Below, one piece after another: positions 50,176 to 58,814 of a stretch of 64,000 nt of DNA. The first letter of the stretch is position 1. Every line of letters starts with the position of its first letter. A program made the position numbers and the translations under genes. The stretch is from positions 2,816,001-2,880,000 of the forward strand of contig OZ246001.1 of assembly GCA_965230295.1 (NCBI GenBank), given 5' to 3'. This stretch comes from Marinicella sp. GTDB lineage: Bacteria > Pseudomonadota > Gammaproteobacteria > Xanthomonadales > Marinicellaceae. The notes beneath the pieces were generated by a model. It saw nothing but the letters and a program-made list of their open reading frames with translations, did no database searches and was not told where the DNA came from.

Positions 50176-52542
50176 ATGAGCCATCCCAGCCCAACAACTC
50201 AAGCAAAAAGCATTTGGCAGCGTTCGGTCCGCTGTGCCAAGGGTTTGTTGTTGGCTTGGGTGATGGTGTTGTTGACATTTGTGACCATGGACTGGCTGAT
50301 GCCATTACCCATTGAAGCGTTTGAACAGAGGCATTTTGCACAAGTGGTGGTTGATCGGACAGGTCAGCCCTTAAGGTCTTTTGCTGATGCTGAGGGTGTT
50401 TGGCGTTATCCGGTGACATTGGATCAAGTATCTCCGCGTTACCTGGAGGCCTTGATCAACTATGAAGATCAATATTACTACCAGCATTTTGGCATCAACC
50501 CTTTGGCCGTCATGCGAGCAATCGGACAACGCATCACAGAAGGTCGTTTTGTATCAGGGGCTTCAACATTAACCATGCAAGTGGCGCGGATCCTGAAACC
50601 GCATGACAAGACCGTGGGTGGAAAACTGGGTCAGATGTTCAGGGCGCTGCAATTGGAATGGCATTTCAGTAAAGAAGAAATCCTGACATTTTATTTAAAC
50701 TACGCCCCTTTTGGTGGCCCCATTGAAGGGGTGCAGGCTGCCAGCTATGTCTACTTGGGTAAGCCCGCGGATCAGCTCAGCCACTCAGAGGCGGCGTTGT
50801 TGGCTGTGCTGCCACAAGCGCCCAGTCGCTATCGGCCGGATCGACACAAACAAAAGGCCAGAATTGCTCGAGATAAAGTGCTGGATCGTTTGTTAACCCA
50901 TCATGTATGGTCTGAACAAGTGGTCAAAGAAGCCAAACAGGAGCCGGTGTGGGCCAACTACAATGCCAGGCCAATGATTGCACCGCTGTTGGCGCGGCGT
51001 TTGAGTCAACAGCAACCCAAGCAGGCAGTGATTGAGACCACGGTGGACATCAATATCCAGGCCAACCTGGAGCAGATGTTAAAGCACCACATGGCACAAC
51101 AAGCTGATCAAGTTTCTGCTGCCATATTGGTGGTGGACAATGCAGACATGTCGACACTGGCTTATTTGGGTAGTGCAGATTACACCGATGAAGACCGGCA
51201 TGGCTACGTCGACATGATCACAGCCACTCGATCCCCAGGCTCCACACTGAAACCTTTCATCTATGGGATGGCGATAGACCAAGGTTTGATTCACAGCCAG
51301 TCCTTGTTGTTTGATGTTCCCCAATCATTTGCTGGGTACCGACCGAAGAATTTCACCGATGAATTTTCGGGGCCGGTCAGTGTCAGCCAGGCATTGGTGC
51401 GCTCTTTGAATATGCCAGCCGTTCAGGTTCTGGACCAACTGACTCCAGAAACCTTTTATACCAACCTCAGAAATGCAGGGCTGGATGTTCAGTTGCCTGA
51501 TCGCGCCAAACCCAATTTATCCTTGGCCTTGGGTGGTGGCGGTGTCAATATGGAACAGTTGGTTGGCACTTTTGCCAGTTTGGGCCATCAGGGCCAAGCA
51601 GGTTCAGTCAGATTCACACCCGCCGATGTCATCAAAAGATACCCATTGCTCAGTGAAGGTGCTGCCTGGATCGTCCAAAATGCACTGTCTCAAGCCTCGT
51701 TGAAGCAAAACTTGAATCGTCGGCTGTTGAGGCAAACTCCTGGCATCGCCTTTAAGACAGGTACCAGTTATGGTTTCAGAGATGCATGGGTGTTGGCCAG
51801 CAATGCCCGAATCACCATCGGTGTTTGGGTCGGACAACCCGATGGTTCATTTTTGGCCGAAAACAGCGGTAGACAAGCGGCCGTACCGTTGTTGAATCAA
51901 GTGTTGGCAATCTTACCAGAGACCTACCACCAAACTGTGGAACAGCCAGTTACGGTCAGTGAAGCTGTGGTTTGCTGGCCATTGGGCTTGCAAGCCAAGT
52001 CCCAAGCGCCTGAGGCATGCCAACAGAGGAAATCGGCCTATCTGTTAAGCGGCATGGCACCACAAACATTCAGTGACCCCATGAATCATTTGTTTGCCAC
52101 TGAACAATTGAATTTGTTGCTGGATGCAGAATCGGGTTTAAGAGTCACGCCAGCCTGTGCGGCTGGTGCGACGAAAATCAAGCAACAGGTGGTATGGCCT
52201 TTGGTGTTGGATCACTGGTTACCCAAACATCAACAGCGTCAACAAGCACTGCCCAAATTTCACCCCGATTGTCAGCTGACCCAATCGGATCATCAGTTGT
52301 TAATCACAGGCATTCATGATCAGGCCATCATTTATCCGGAAGTGACGGCTGCAAGTGTGCCAGCCATAGAGTTGGAGTTGTTGGGTTCAACGGGGGTTAA
52401 TTATTGGTTCTTGAATGGAGAATTGCTGGACCAATTCAGCAGCGAACTGGTGTTGAACGAACTGCCACCTGGTAACTACCAACTACAAGTCATCGATTCC
52501 AGTGCCCAAACAGCCGCACTGAGTTTTGCTGTACGCATGTAG
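50176..52542 (+). CDS. pbpC: Penicillin-binding protein 1C
   Basis: ED..Y..HFGINP, SGASTLTMQVAR, SPGSTLKPF, SLN, KTGTS; adjacent to the a2M gene. Confidence 0.95.
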   Translation: MSHPSPTTQAKSIWQRSVRCAKGLLLAWVMVLLTFVTMDWLMPLPIEAFEQRHFAQVVVDRTGQPLRSFADAEGVWRYPVTLDQVSPRYLEALINYEDQYYYQHFGINPLAVMRAIGQRITEGRFVSGASTLTMQVARILKPHDKTVGGKLGQMFRALQLEWHFSKEEILTFYLNYAPFGGPIEGVQAASYVYLGKPADQLSHSEAALLAVLPQAPSRYRPDRHKQKARIARDKVLDRLLTHHVWSEQVVKEAKQEPVWANYNARPMIAPLLARRLSQQQPKQAVIETTVDINIQANLEQMLKHHMAQQADQVSAAILVVDNADMSTLAYLGSADYTDEDRHGYVDMITATRSPGSTLKPFIYGMAIDQGLIHSQSLLFDVPQSFAGYRPKNFTDEFSGPVSVSQALVRSLNMPAVQVLDQLTPETFYTNLRNAGLDVQLPDRAKPNLSLALGGGGVNMEQLVGTFASLGHQGQAGSVRFTPADVIKRYPLLSEGAAWIVQNALSQASLKQNLNRRLLRQTPGIAFKTGTSYGFRDAWVLASNARITIGVWVGQPDGSFLAENSGRQAAVPLLNQVLAILPETYHQTVEQPVTVSEAVVCWPLGLQAKSQAPEACQQRKSAYLLSGMAPQTFSDPMNHLFATEQLNLLLDAESGLRVTPACAAGATKIKQQVVWPLVLDHWLPKHQQRQQALPKFHPDCQLTQSDHQLLITGIHDQAIIYPEVTAASVPAIELELLGSTGVNYWFLNGELLDQFSSELVLNELPPGNYQLQVIDSSAQTAALSFAVRM

Positions 52543-52697
52543 TTTCGTACGGCTTTTTATACACTTCACAATTAATTTGATCTAATTTTCTCTTTTTGCG
52601 TTACTTTTATTGGTAACCACGGTTTCCGCCAATAAGATAGATTGATACAACATTCATTACTGACGGGAGACCACTTATTTTTTCTGATAACCACATC

Positions 52698-53237
52698 ATG
52701 CTACAGGTCAAAGCAGGCGAAGTGCAAAAGCTGGGTTTGTTGTATGAACGGCACAAAAAAGCATTGTATGGTTTCTTTTATAAGATGAGTCGATCGAACA
52801 CAATCAGTGAGGATTTGGTGCAAACGGTTTTCATCAAGATTCTGAAATCGAAACACACCTTTGTTGGTAATGGCAAATTCGTTACTTGGATGTTTCACAT
52901 CGCCCGCAACGTGTTGCATGATCATTACCGAAAAAACAAACATGCCCATTTAAATGTGGTTGAAGATCAGGCCAATGAGTTGGCATCTGCTGAAACCGTT
53001 GAAGGGCAGTTTGACTCGGAACAAACCATTGATCGGCTGTTTAAAGCCATCGATTTGCTCAGTATAGAAAAGAAAGAATTATTGATCATGAGCCGCTTTG
53101 AAAATTTGAAGTATCAACAAATCGGTGAAATCATCGGCTGTTCAGAAGGGGCCGTAAAAATGAAAATCCGCAGAACATTGATTGAATTGAGAGATTTGTT
53201 CAATCGACTAGAATCAGGAGCTGAAGATGTCGCATAA
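52698..53237 (+). CDS. ECF sigma-70 factor (true start may be ATT 52677)
   Basis: LYERH, EDLVQ.VF, F.TW.FHIARN, region 4 HTH. Confidence 0.92.
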   Translation: MLQVKAGEVQKLGLLYERHKKALYGFFYKMSRSNTISEDLVQTVFIKILKSKHTFVGNGKFVTWMFHIARNVLHDHYRKNKHAHLNVVEDQANELASAETVEGQFDSEQTIDRLFKAIDLLSIEKKELLIMSRFENLKYQQIGEIIGCSEGAVKMKIRRTLIELRDLFNRLESGAEDVA

Positions 53238-54066
53238 AGACACCCATAAATCACCCAGTTCACATCAAGAGCTGGAGTTACTCATGATGGACTACCTGTC
53301 TGGAAGGATGAGTCAGGAAGAAGCCGACAATTTTGAACTGATCATTGCTGACAATCCCCAGTACAGTCAGGAATTGGTTGAACTGCAACAAATGATGTCC
53401 TTGATTGACCAACACAACCAAACAGAAATCCCTGAACCATCGGCGCAAATGGATGAAAATTTCTATGCCATGTTGCATGAAGCGGTGCGCGAAGAATCGC
53501 AAAACTCAAGTGGCTGGTGGCAGTCAATCACCGCATGGTTTCAGTTACCACAGGTGCGAAAGGTTTCTTATGCCTTCAGCTTTTTGGTGGTGGGCGTGTT
53601 TATGGGGCATTACATGCACCTCCTGAACAACCAATCAGATATAGAAGCTGAACGCCTGGCGATTAAAGACCAACAAATCCAAGCCTTAACGGTGTTGTCA
53701 TTATTGGACATGCCATCTGCCAACAAGAGATTGATGGCGGTCAATCTGGCATCCATGACCGAGCAGCCCAATGAGGCCATATTTGAGGCTTTGTTAACTA
53801 CATTGAAACAAGACAGCAACACCAACGTGCGGCTTGAAGCACTTGATGCGCTGGCTCAACACACGAACATTCAAGCAGTGAGAACCGGTTTGGTGGCCGC
53901 CATCAACCAACAAACTTCACCCATGGTACAAATTGCCATGGCCAATTTAATGCTTAACCTGAATGAAACTGAAGCCGTAGGACCCATCAGGGAACTGCTG
54001 CAACAACCCGACTTGATCGAGCCAGTGAGGAGTGAATTGAATGAAGCACTCATTGAGCTGATTTAA
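53227..54066 (+). CDS. Anti-sigma-like membrane protein with HEAT repeats
   Basis: N-terminal anti-sigma-like helices, one TM, D.NTNVRL.AL.AL HEAT motif; overlaps the sigma gene. Confidence 0.8.
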   Translation: MSHKDTHKSPSSHQELELLMMDYLSGRMSQEEADNFELIIADNPQYSQELVELQQMMSLIDQHNQTEIPEPSAQMDENFYAMLHEAVREESQNSSGWWQSITAWFQLPQVRKVSYAFSFLVVGVFMGHYMHLLNNQSDIEAERLAIKDQQIQALTVLSLLDMPSANKRLMAVNLASMTEQPNEAIFEALLTTLKQDSNTNVRLEALDALAQHTNIQAVRTGLVAAINQQTSPMVQIAMANLMLNLNETEAVGPIRELLQQPDLIEPVRSELNEALIELI

Positions 54067-54080
54067 TCCAGGAGAACATA

Positions 54081-54995
54081 ATGAGAAATTTAACCAAAGC
54101 CACAATTCTAATCAGCGCAGCCCTGTTGATGAGCACATCTGCTCAAGGGGTCAAAAAAATAATGGGCCAGATCAAACAATCTGAACAAATCTATGAAACC
54201 ATGCGATTTACAAATCAGCACGAAGACAATCAAGTCACCATTTTCAATGTTTATGGTTCGATTGATGTGGAAGGGTATGCTGGTGATGAAATTGAAGTTG
54301 AAGCCGTGAATCAGGTGTATGGCAAGTCGCAATCGGTGGTTGATCAGGGCTTGAAAGAGATTGGCCTTAATTTTGAACAGCACGGCAAAAGAATTTATAT
54401 TTACCTGGATTCACCTTTCACATATTTTGTTCCGGAAAGTGGTGAATTGTGGCACAGTGATACATGCTGGCGTCGGGATGATTGCAGCCGTAAACATGAG
54501 AAGAAGGCCTATAAATATCGCCTGGATATCAAGGTAAAGTTACCAAAAGAACTGAGCATAAAAGTATCAGCCATCAACAATGGTGACATCACTATATCAG
54601 GTGTTCATGGCAAAAATCTGAACATCAGTAACATCAACGGCGCCATCGATATGGTAGATGTTTCCGGACAAACATTTGTCAATGCAATCAATAAAGACAT
54701 CAACATCGCATACAGCGAAAACCCGACTGCAGATTCAGAATTTGAATCTATCAACGGTGATTTAAACATCACCTTTGCTGGTCAGCCCAATGCCGAGGTG
54801 GTTTATAAAACCATGCACGGTGATTTTTACACCGTTTATGACGTCAGTATGATGGCGCCTGTGGTGAAGCGAACCAGCAAGCAAAACAAACATGGCATTC
54901 ATTATAAATTAGACGCCGAAAGCCGACTGCAAGTGGGCAATGGTGGTCCTGAATACAGATTCAGAACCCTCAACGGTGACATCAAAATCAAATAA
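54081..54995 (+). CDS. DUF4097 / putative adhesin beta-solenoid protein
   Basis: Signal peptide; repeated S/N-I-N-G-D-I units. Confidence 0.8.
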   Translation: MRNLTKATILISAALLMSTSAQGVKKIMGQIKQSEQIYETMRFTNQHEDNQVTIFNVYGSIDVEGYAGDEIEVEAVNQVYGKSQSVVDQGLKEIGLNFEQHGKRIYIYLDSPFTYFVPESGELWHSDTCWRRDDCSRKHEKKAYKYRLDIKVKLPKELSIKVSAINNGDITISGVHGKNLNISNINGAIDMVDVSGQTFVNAINKDINIAYSENPTADSEFESINGDLNITFAGQPNAEVVYKTMHGDFYTVYDVSMMAPVVKRTSKQNKHGIHYKLDAESRLQVGNGGPEYRFRTLNGDIKIK

Positions 54996-55008
54996 CATCA
55001 GGAGTAAC

Positions 55009-55842
55009 ATGATGAAAAGAAAAACAACAACGAACACTGCATGGGCTGTTGCCATGAGTTTAATCGCCACGGTCTCGCTGGCTCAGAATAACGATGAGTT
55101 GAGAGAAGAAATCGTGATTCCACTGAGCAACCCCGATGAAGTGGGGACATTGGAAGTGAATCAAATCTATGGTGGCATGAAAGTCGTTGGTTACGATGGT
55201 AAAGAAGTTATCGTGGTGGCCAAACAAAAGAAAATGCAATCAACTGTGAAGATGAAAAACGGCTTGCGCAGAATTAACAACAATTCAATGGCACTTGAAG
55301 CAGAAGAATCTGACAACTTTGTTGAAGTGAGCGCACAAACCTACAGTGGTGGCAAAGACACCATGAACCTGGAAATCAGGGTCCCAAAAAATTTCAACTT
55401 GCACCTGAGTAGCATCAATGACGGTGACATTTTAGTAGAAAACATCAATGGCGAACTGGAAATCAGTAATGTGAATGACAACATCACCCTCAACCAGGTT
55501 TCAGGTTCTGCAGTAGTGGATTCAGTCAACGGTTTGATCAAGGCCAATTTCAATGCAGTGACCCCGGGTTCAAAATTGGTGTTCACCAGTTTTAATGACG
55601 ATGTGGATCTGACCTTGCCTGGTAGCGTCAAAGCTGATTTCAAATTACAAACAGCCTATGGTGAAATATATACTGGGTTTGACATTGAGTTTGATACCTC
55701 GGAACCTGTGATTGAAAAGGATAACCGAGAAAAGTCGTACAAAGTCAAGATAGAAAAGTGGGTATCCGGGACTGCCAATGGGGGTGGAACAGAAGTGGTA
55801 TTGAAATCACACTCGGGAGATTTAATCGTCAGATCCAAATAA
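55009..55842 (+). CDS. DUF4097 / putative adhesin beta-solenoid protein
   Basis: RBS AGGAG, signal peptide, repeated S-V/I-N-G/D units. Confidence 0.8.
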   Translation: MMKRKTTTNTAWAVAMSLIATVSLAQNNDELREEIVIPLSNPDEVGTLEVNQIYGGMKVVGYDGKEVIVVAKQKKMQSTVKMKNGLRRINNNSMALEAEESDNFVEVSAQTYSGGKDTMNLEIRVPKNFNLHLSSINDGDILVENINGELEISNVNDNITLNQVSGSAVVDSVNGLIKANFNAVTPGSKLVFTSFNDDVDLTLPGSVKADFKLQTAYGEIYTGFDIEFDTSEPVIEKDNREKSYKVKIEKWVSGTANGGGTEVVLKSHSGDLIVRSK

Positions 55843-55860
55843 ACCTCCCAAGTTCGCATG

Positions 55861-55890
55861 AAGCTGCTGGCATGTACCAGCAGCTTTTTT
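55861..55890 (+). terminator. Intrinsic terminator
   Basis: AAGCTGCTGG-CATGTA-CCAGCAGCTT followed by a T-run. Confidence 0.85.
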
Positions 55891-56212
55891 ATGTGGTCAC
55901 TTTAACTGCTGTGCCACTGACACTGACCATCATCATAGAGCCGGTATCACCGATCACCTCATAATCGATGTCGATACCGACGATGGCGTTGGCACCCAAT
56001 TGACTGGCTTTATCTTGCATTTCCTGGAATGCGACTTCACGGGCCTGGCCCATTTCCTTTTCATAGGCACCTGATCGTCCGCCAACAATGTCGCGAATTT
56101 TACCGAATAAGTCGCGAAAAATATTGGCGCCTAAAATGGCTTCTCCGACAACAATGCCTTTGTAATCTGTGATTTGATGTCCTTGTAAATCTGGGGTGGT
56201 ACTGATAATCAA
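55889..56212 (-). CDS. YbjQ/UPF0145 family protein
   Basis: [28 protein letters not shown]; TTG start with RBS AGGAG. Confidence 0.9.
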   Translation of the reverse strand: MIISTTPDLQGHQITDYKGIVVGEAILGANIFRDLFGKIRDIVGGRSGAYEKEMGQAREVAFQEMQDKASQLGANAIVGIDIDYEVIGDTGSMMMVSVSGTAVKVTT

Positions 56213-56320
56213 TGTTAACTCCTGTTGCTTAAATAATCAGCATACAGGAATAACCTTCAATTCGAAAATGTCAGAAGTCACAGATTGTTTGGTCAGTGAT
56301 GTGGCGATGAGGGTGGTGAG

Positions 56321-56353
56321 AAAAAAGGCCGCCAGTTAAACTGTGCGGCCTTT
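56321..56353 (-). terminator. Intrinsic terminator of the small ORF 56361-56507
   Basis: Minus strand AAGGCCGC...GCGGCCTTTTTT. Confidence 0.8.
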
Positions 56354-56360
56354 AGGGAGG

Positions 56361-56507
56361 TCAGTGTTTGGTATGTATCAGTTCTTTGAAGAATTTCAGC
56401 CAGCTTTTTTTGTATGCCCGCTTATTATCTCGGTAAGCAGGAAAGGGGCTGAAAACTTCTAAACTGTCATCCACACTGTTGTGGGGGTTGACGTTTTTTA
56501 TATTCAT
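56361..56507 (-). CDS. Small 48-aa protein not in the ORF track
   Basis: MNIKNVNPHNSVDDSLEVFSPFPAYRDNKRAYKKSWLKFFKELIHTKH; RBS CAGGTG and own terminator. Confidence 0.6.
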   Translation of the reverse strand: MNIKNVNPHNSVDDSLEVFSPFPAYRDNKRAYKKSWLKFFKELIHTKH

Positions 56508-56753
56508 AAATCACCTGTTTGGTTACTTATGACGCTCATTTTAAGCAAATAAATAGAGTAAACCACCCAATCTGATGTTGCCGCTGATGTAACAATTTTT
56601 GACACATGTCACACTTTACTGACTCTGATGACCGTTTTTTACTTAAATTTTGATGTATTTACATAAAAGTACATTCCAAATCATTGTCTAGGACTGATCA
56701 GATGATTATGCTGAAGCCATCAACTATGTTCAATGTATGCCGGAGATAAGTAA

Positions 56754-57155
56754 ATGTTTGAGTACCATGGGTGGATCGCCATTAAATTTAAATCAGAGAA
56801 AGGTGATAAAAAAGATGACGAGTCATTGGAGCAGATCAGAAAAATTAAAGCTTTGATTGATAAGTATTCAGAAAAAGTGGCCAAATTTGAAATTTTCTAT
56901 CAAATGGGCAAACCCTTTGTCAGATTAGATGGGTGTTTGTCTCACTATCAAGGATGGGTGCTTAAGTTATTTTTCGCCATTGCTAAACTGGCCAATAACA
57001 GTGAAGGCATCTTGTTTATTCAGGATGAAGACAATCCGTTCTTAAACAGCCGATTCCGTATATGGCAAATGATGGAAGGTGAGGTTTTATCAGGTGACAT
57101 GACCTTTTTCCCGGACATATGTAATCCAGTTCATAATGGACAACATGCTGCATGA
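56754..57155 (+). CDS. Imm7-like polymorphic-toxin immunity protein
   Basis: MFEYHGW start, G..SH, S.G.L...DED, F..W....G pattern; RBS GGAG. Confidence 0.6.
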   Translation: MFEYHGWIAIKFKSEKGDKKDDESLEQIRKIKALIDKYSEKVAKFEIFYQMGKPFVRLDGCLSHYQGWVLKLFFAIAKLANNSEGILFIQDEDNPFLNSRFRIWQMMEGEVLSGDMTFFPDICNPVHNGQHAA

Positions 57156-57200
57156 ATGGTTTAAGTATTCTTTGATCAATTAAGGCGGCTGGCTCATCAA

Positions 57201-57407
57201 ATGCAAAAAGGACAAACATTATTACAACAAGTGATTGATGAGAATCATGCATCAAGCAACAGTGAACGCATTTTGTTGAGAGATAAGATGAAGCAAATAC
57301 AAACTGAAATGGTTAAATTGACTTTTGAAGCTGAAATGGACAAACGGTTGTTTTCATTTTTCTCAAAACAATTGAAGAAGGTCAAAAAACAGCTGTCATT
57401 GTTGTGA
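57201..57407 (+). CDS. Hypothetical coiled-coil protein, possibly a remnant
   Basis: 68 aa K/E/L-rich ORF, weak RBS. Confidence 0.35.
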   Translation: MQKGQTLLQQVIDENHASSNSERILLRDKMKQIQTEMVKLTFEAEMDKRLFSFFSKQLKKVKKQLSLL

Positions 57408-57521
57408 CTGATGGAGTGATTAATCAGTCCATCTTCCTTATACAATCAAATAACGCATAACAACGTGGTTTTGCTGCCGTTGGGTGGTTTGAAACTATGA
57501 GGGGGACTTGGTAAAGAGAAA

Positions 57522-57606
57522 TGGTGCCGAGGGCGAGAATCGAACTCGCACTTCCGAAGAAACCGGATTTTGAATCCGGCGCGTCTACCAATTCCGCCAC
57601 CCCGGC
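57522..57606 (-). tRNA. tRNA-Leu(CAA)
   Basis: GCCGGGGTGGCGGAATTGGTAGACGCGCCGGATTCAAAATCCGG...GAGTTCGATTCTC...CACCA; anticodon CAA, long variable arm, encoded CCA. Confidence 0.97.
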
Positions 57607-57820
57607 ACAAGGTTGACAAGTATATAAGATTTTTCCTTGATGGCAAGTGATTTTTGTAAATATCTGATAATGTTTCCAGGTCATTGGTTAAATTTTCATT
57701 CATCCATTTCACCAGTGACCATTTTTCGAATATTTAGCGCTTGAAATCGATTGAATAATTAAGATTCGTCCTTAGTTTAACTGTGGAAAATAATAACCAT
57801 AACAGCTTTAGGAGTATGCC

Positions 57821-58135
57821 ATGCAAGTACAAGTCAATACCGATCACCATGTCAAAGGTGGTGATTTATTGCAGAAACATGTAGAAAATTTATTGAATGA
57901 TGTTTTACACAGTTTTAAAGATCAGGTAACCCGTGTTGAGGTCTATATAGCTGATGAGAACAGTCACAAAGGAGGTGATGATGACTTGCGCTGTACCATG
58001 GAAGCCAGAATTCGTGGTTTGAAACCCATTGCCGTAACCCACCATGCTGACAACATCAATGTCGCCATTGATGGTGCTGCTGATCGAATCACTCGTTCAA
58101 TCAGAAAGACTGTGGAGAAAAGAAGGGAAGCCTGA
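57821..58135 (+). CDS. HPF/RaiA-family ribosome-associated protein
   Basis: MQVQVNTD, ITRVEV-like, DENSHKGG.DD.RC.MEAR..G..P.AVTH. Confidence 0.85.
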   Translation: MQVQVNTDHHVKGGDLLQKHVENLLNDVLHSFKDQVTRVEVYIADENSHKGGDDDLRCTMEARIRGLKPIAVTHHADNINVAIDGAADRITRSIRKTVEKRREA

Positions 58136-58137
58136 GC

Positions 58138-58174
58138 TAAAAAAAAAAGAAACCAGCTGATTCAGCTGGTTTCT
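58138..58174 (-). terminator. Intrinsic terminator of dps, possibly bidirectional
   Basis: A-run followed by AGAAACCAGCTG-ATT-CAGCTGGTTTCT. Confidence 0.8.
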
Positions 58175-58199
58175 CAAACTCATCAAAGGGTTGCGCCAT

Positions 58200-58667
58200 T
58201 CAGCCCAATAAAGAGCGCAACATCCAGGCATTTTTCTCATGGAAGTCCATTCTTTGGGTTAACAAATCGCCGCTGACTTCATCAGTTTCTATGGCTTCGG
58301 TTTGTAACAACTCCCTGGCGTGACGGATGATGATTTCATGTGAATCCAGCAAATTTTTCAGCATCTCTTCTGCTGCGGGCACAGCAGATTCTTCTTTGAT
58401 GGCAGTTAATTCCGCGAAAGCCTGGTATGAACCTGGTGCAAATTCACCCAAAGCCCTGATGCGTTCTGCGATCACGTCCACAGCCAAGGCCAGTTCGGTG
58501 TACTGTTCTTCGAATAAAGTGTGCAATGATGTGAACATGGGGCCAGTCACATTCCAATGGTAATTGTGGGTTTTCAAATACAAAGTGTATGTATCTGCCA
58601 GCAATCGGCTTAAGCCAGCCACAATCACGCCTCGATTTTCTGTGTTGATTCCAATATTTATACTCAT
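58200..58667 (-). CDS. dps: DNA starvation/stationary phase protection protein
   Basis: LYLKTHNYHWNVTGP.F..LH.LFEEQY, D.IAERI, HEK.AWML. Confidence 0.95.
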   Translation of the reverse strand: MSINIGINTENRGVIVAGLSRLLADTYTLYLKTHNYHWNVTGPMFTSLHTLFEEQYTELALAVDVIAERIRALGEFAPGSYQAFAELTAIKEESAVPAAEEMLKNLLDSHEIIIRHARELLQTEAIETDEVSGDLLTQRMDFHEKNAWMLRSLLG

Positions 58668-58698
58668 TTTAAGCTCTTGATGTTTTAGATTGACAACC

Positions 58699-58755
58699 AT
58701 TTTAAGGGTCAACTAGGAACTTGTAAATTTGAGTTATTTGATTGATACAATCTAT
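58699..58755 (-). promoter_or_regulatory. Probable OxyR-type site plus sigma70 promoter of dps
   Basis: Minus strand ATAG-N7-CAAT-N13-TTTACA-N17-TAAAAT. Confidence 0.6.
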
Positions 58756-58814
58756 TAAATAGAATGATGATCTGCTTGTGATAACAAAACAAGAATGCTG
58801 GTCTTTGATAAGCG

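Noticed and set aside
57424-57712. ORFs 57424-57684 and 57446-57712
   Set aside because: They overlap tRNA-Leu and are translation artefacts.
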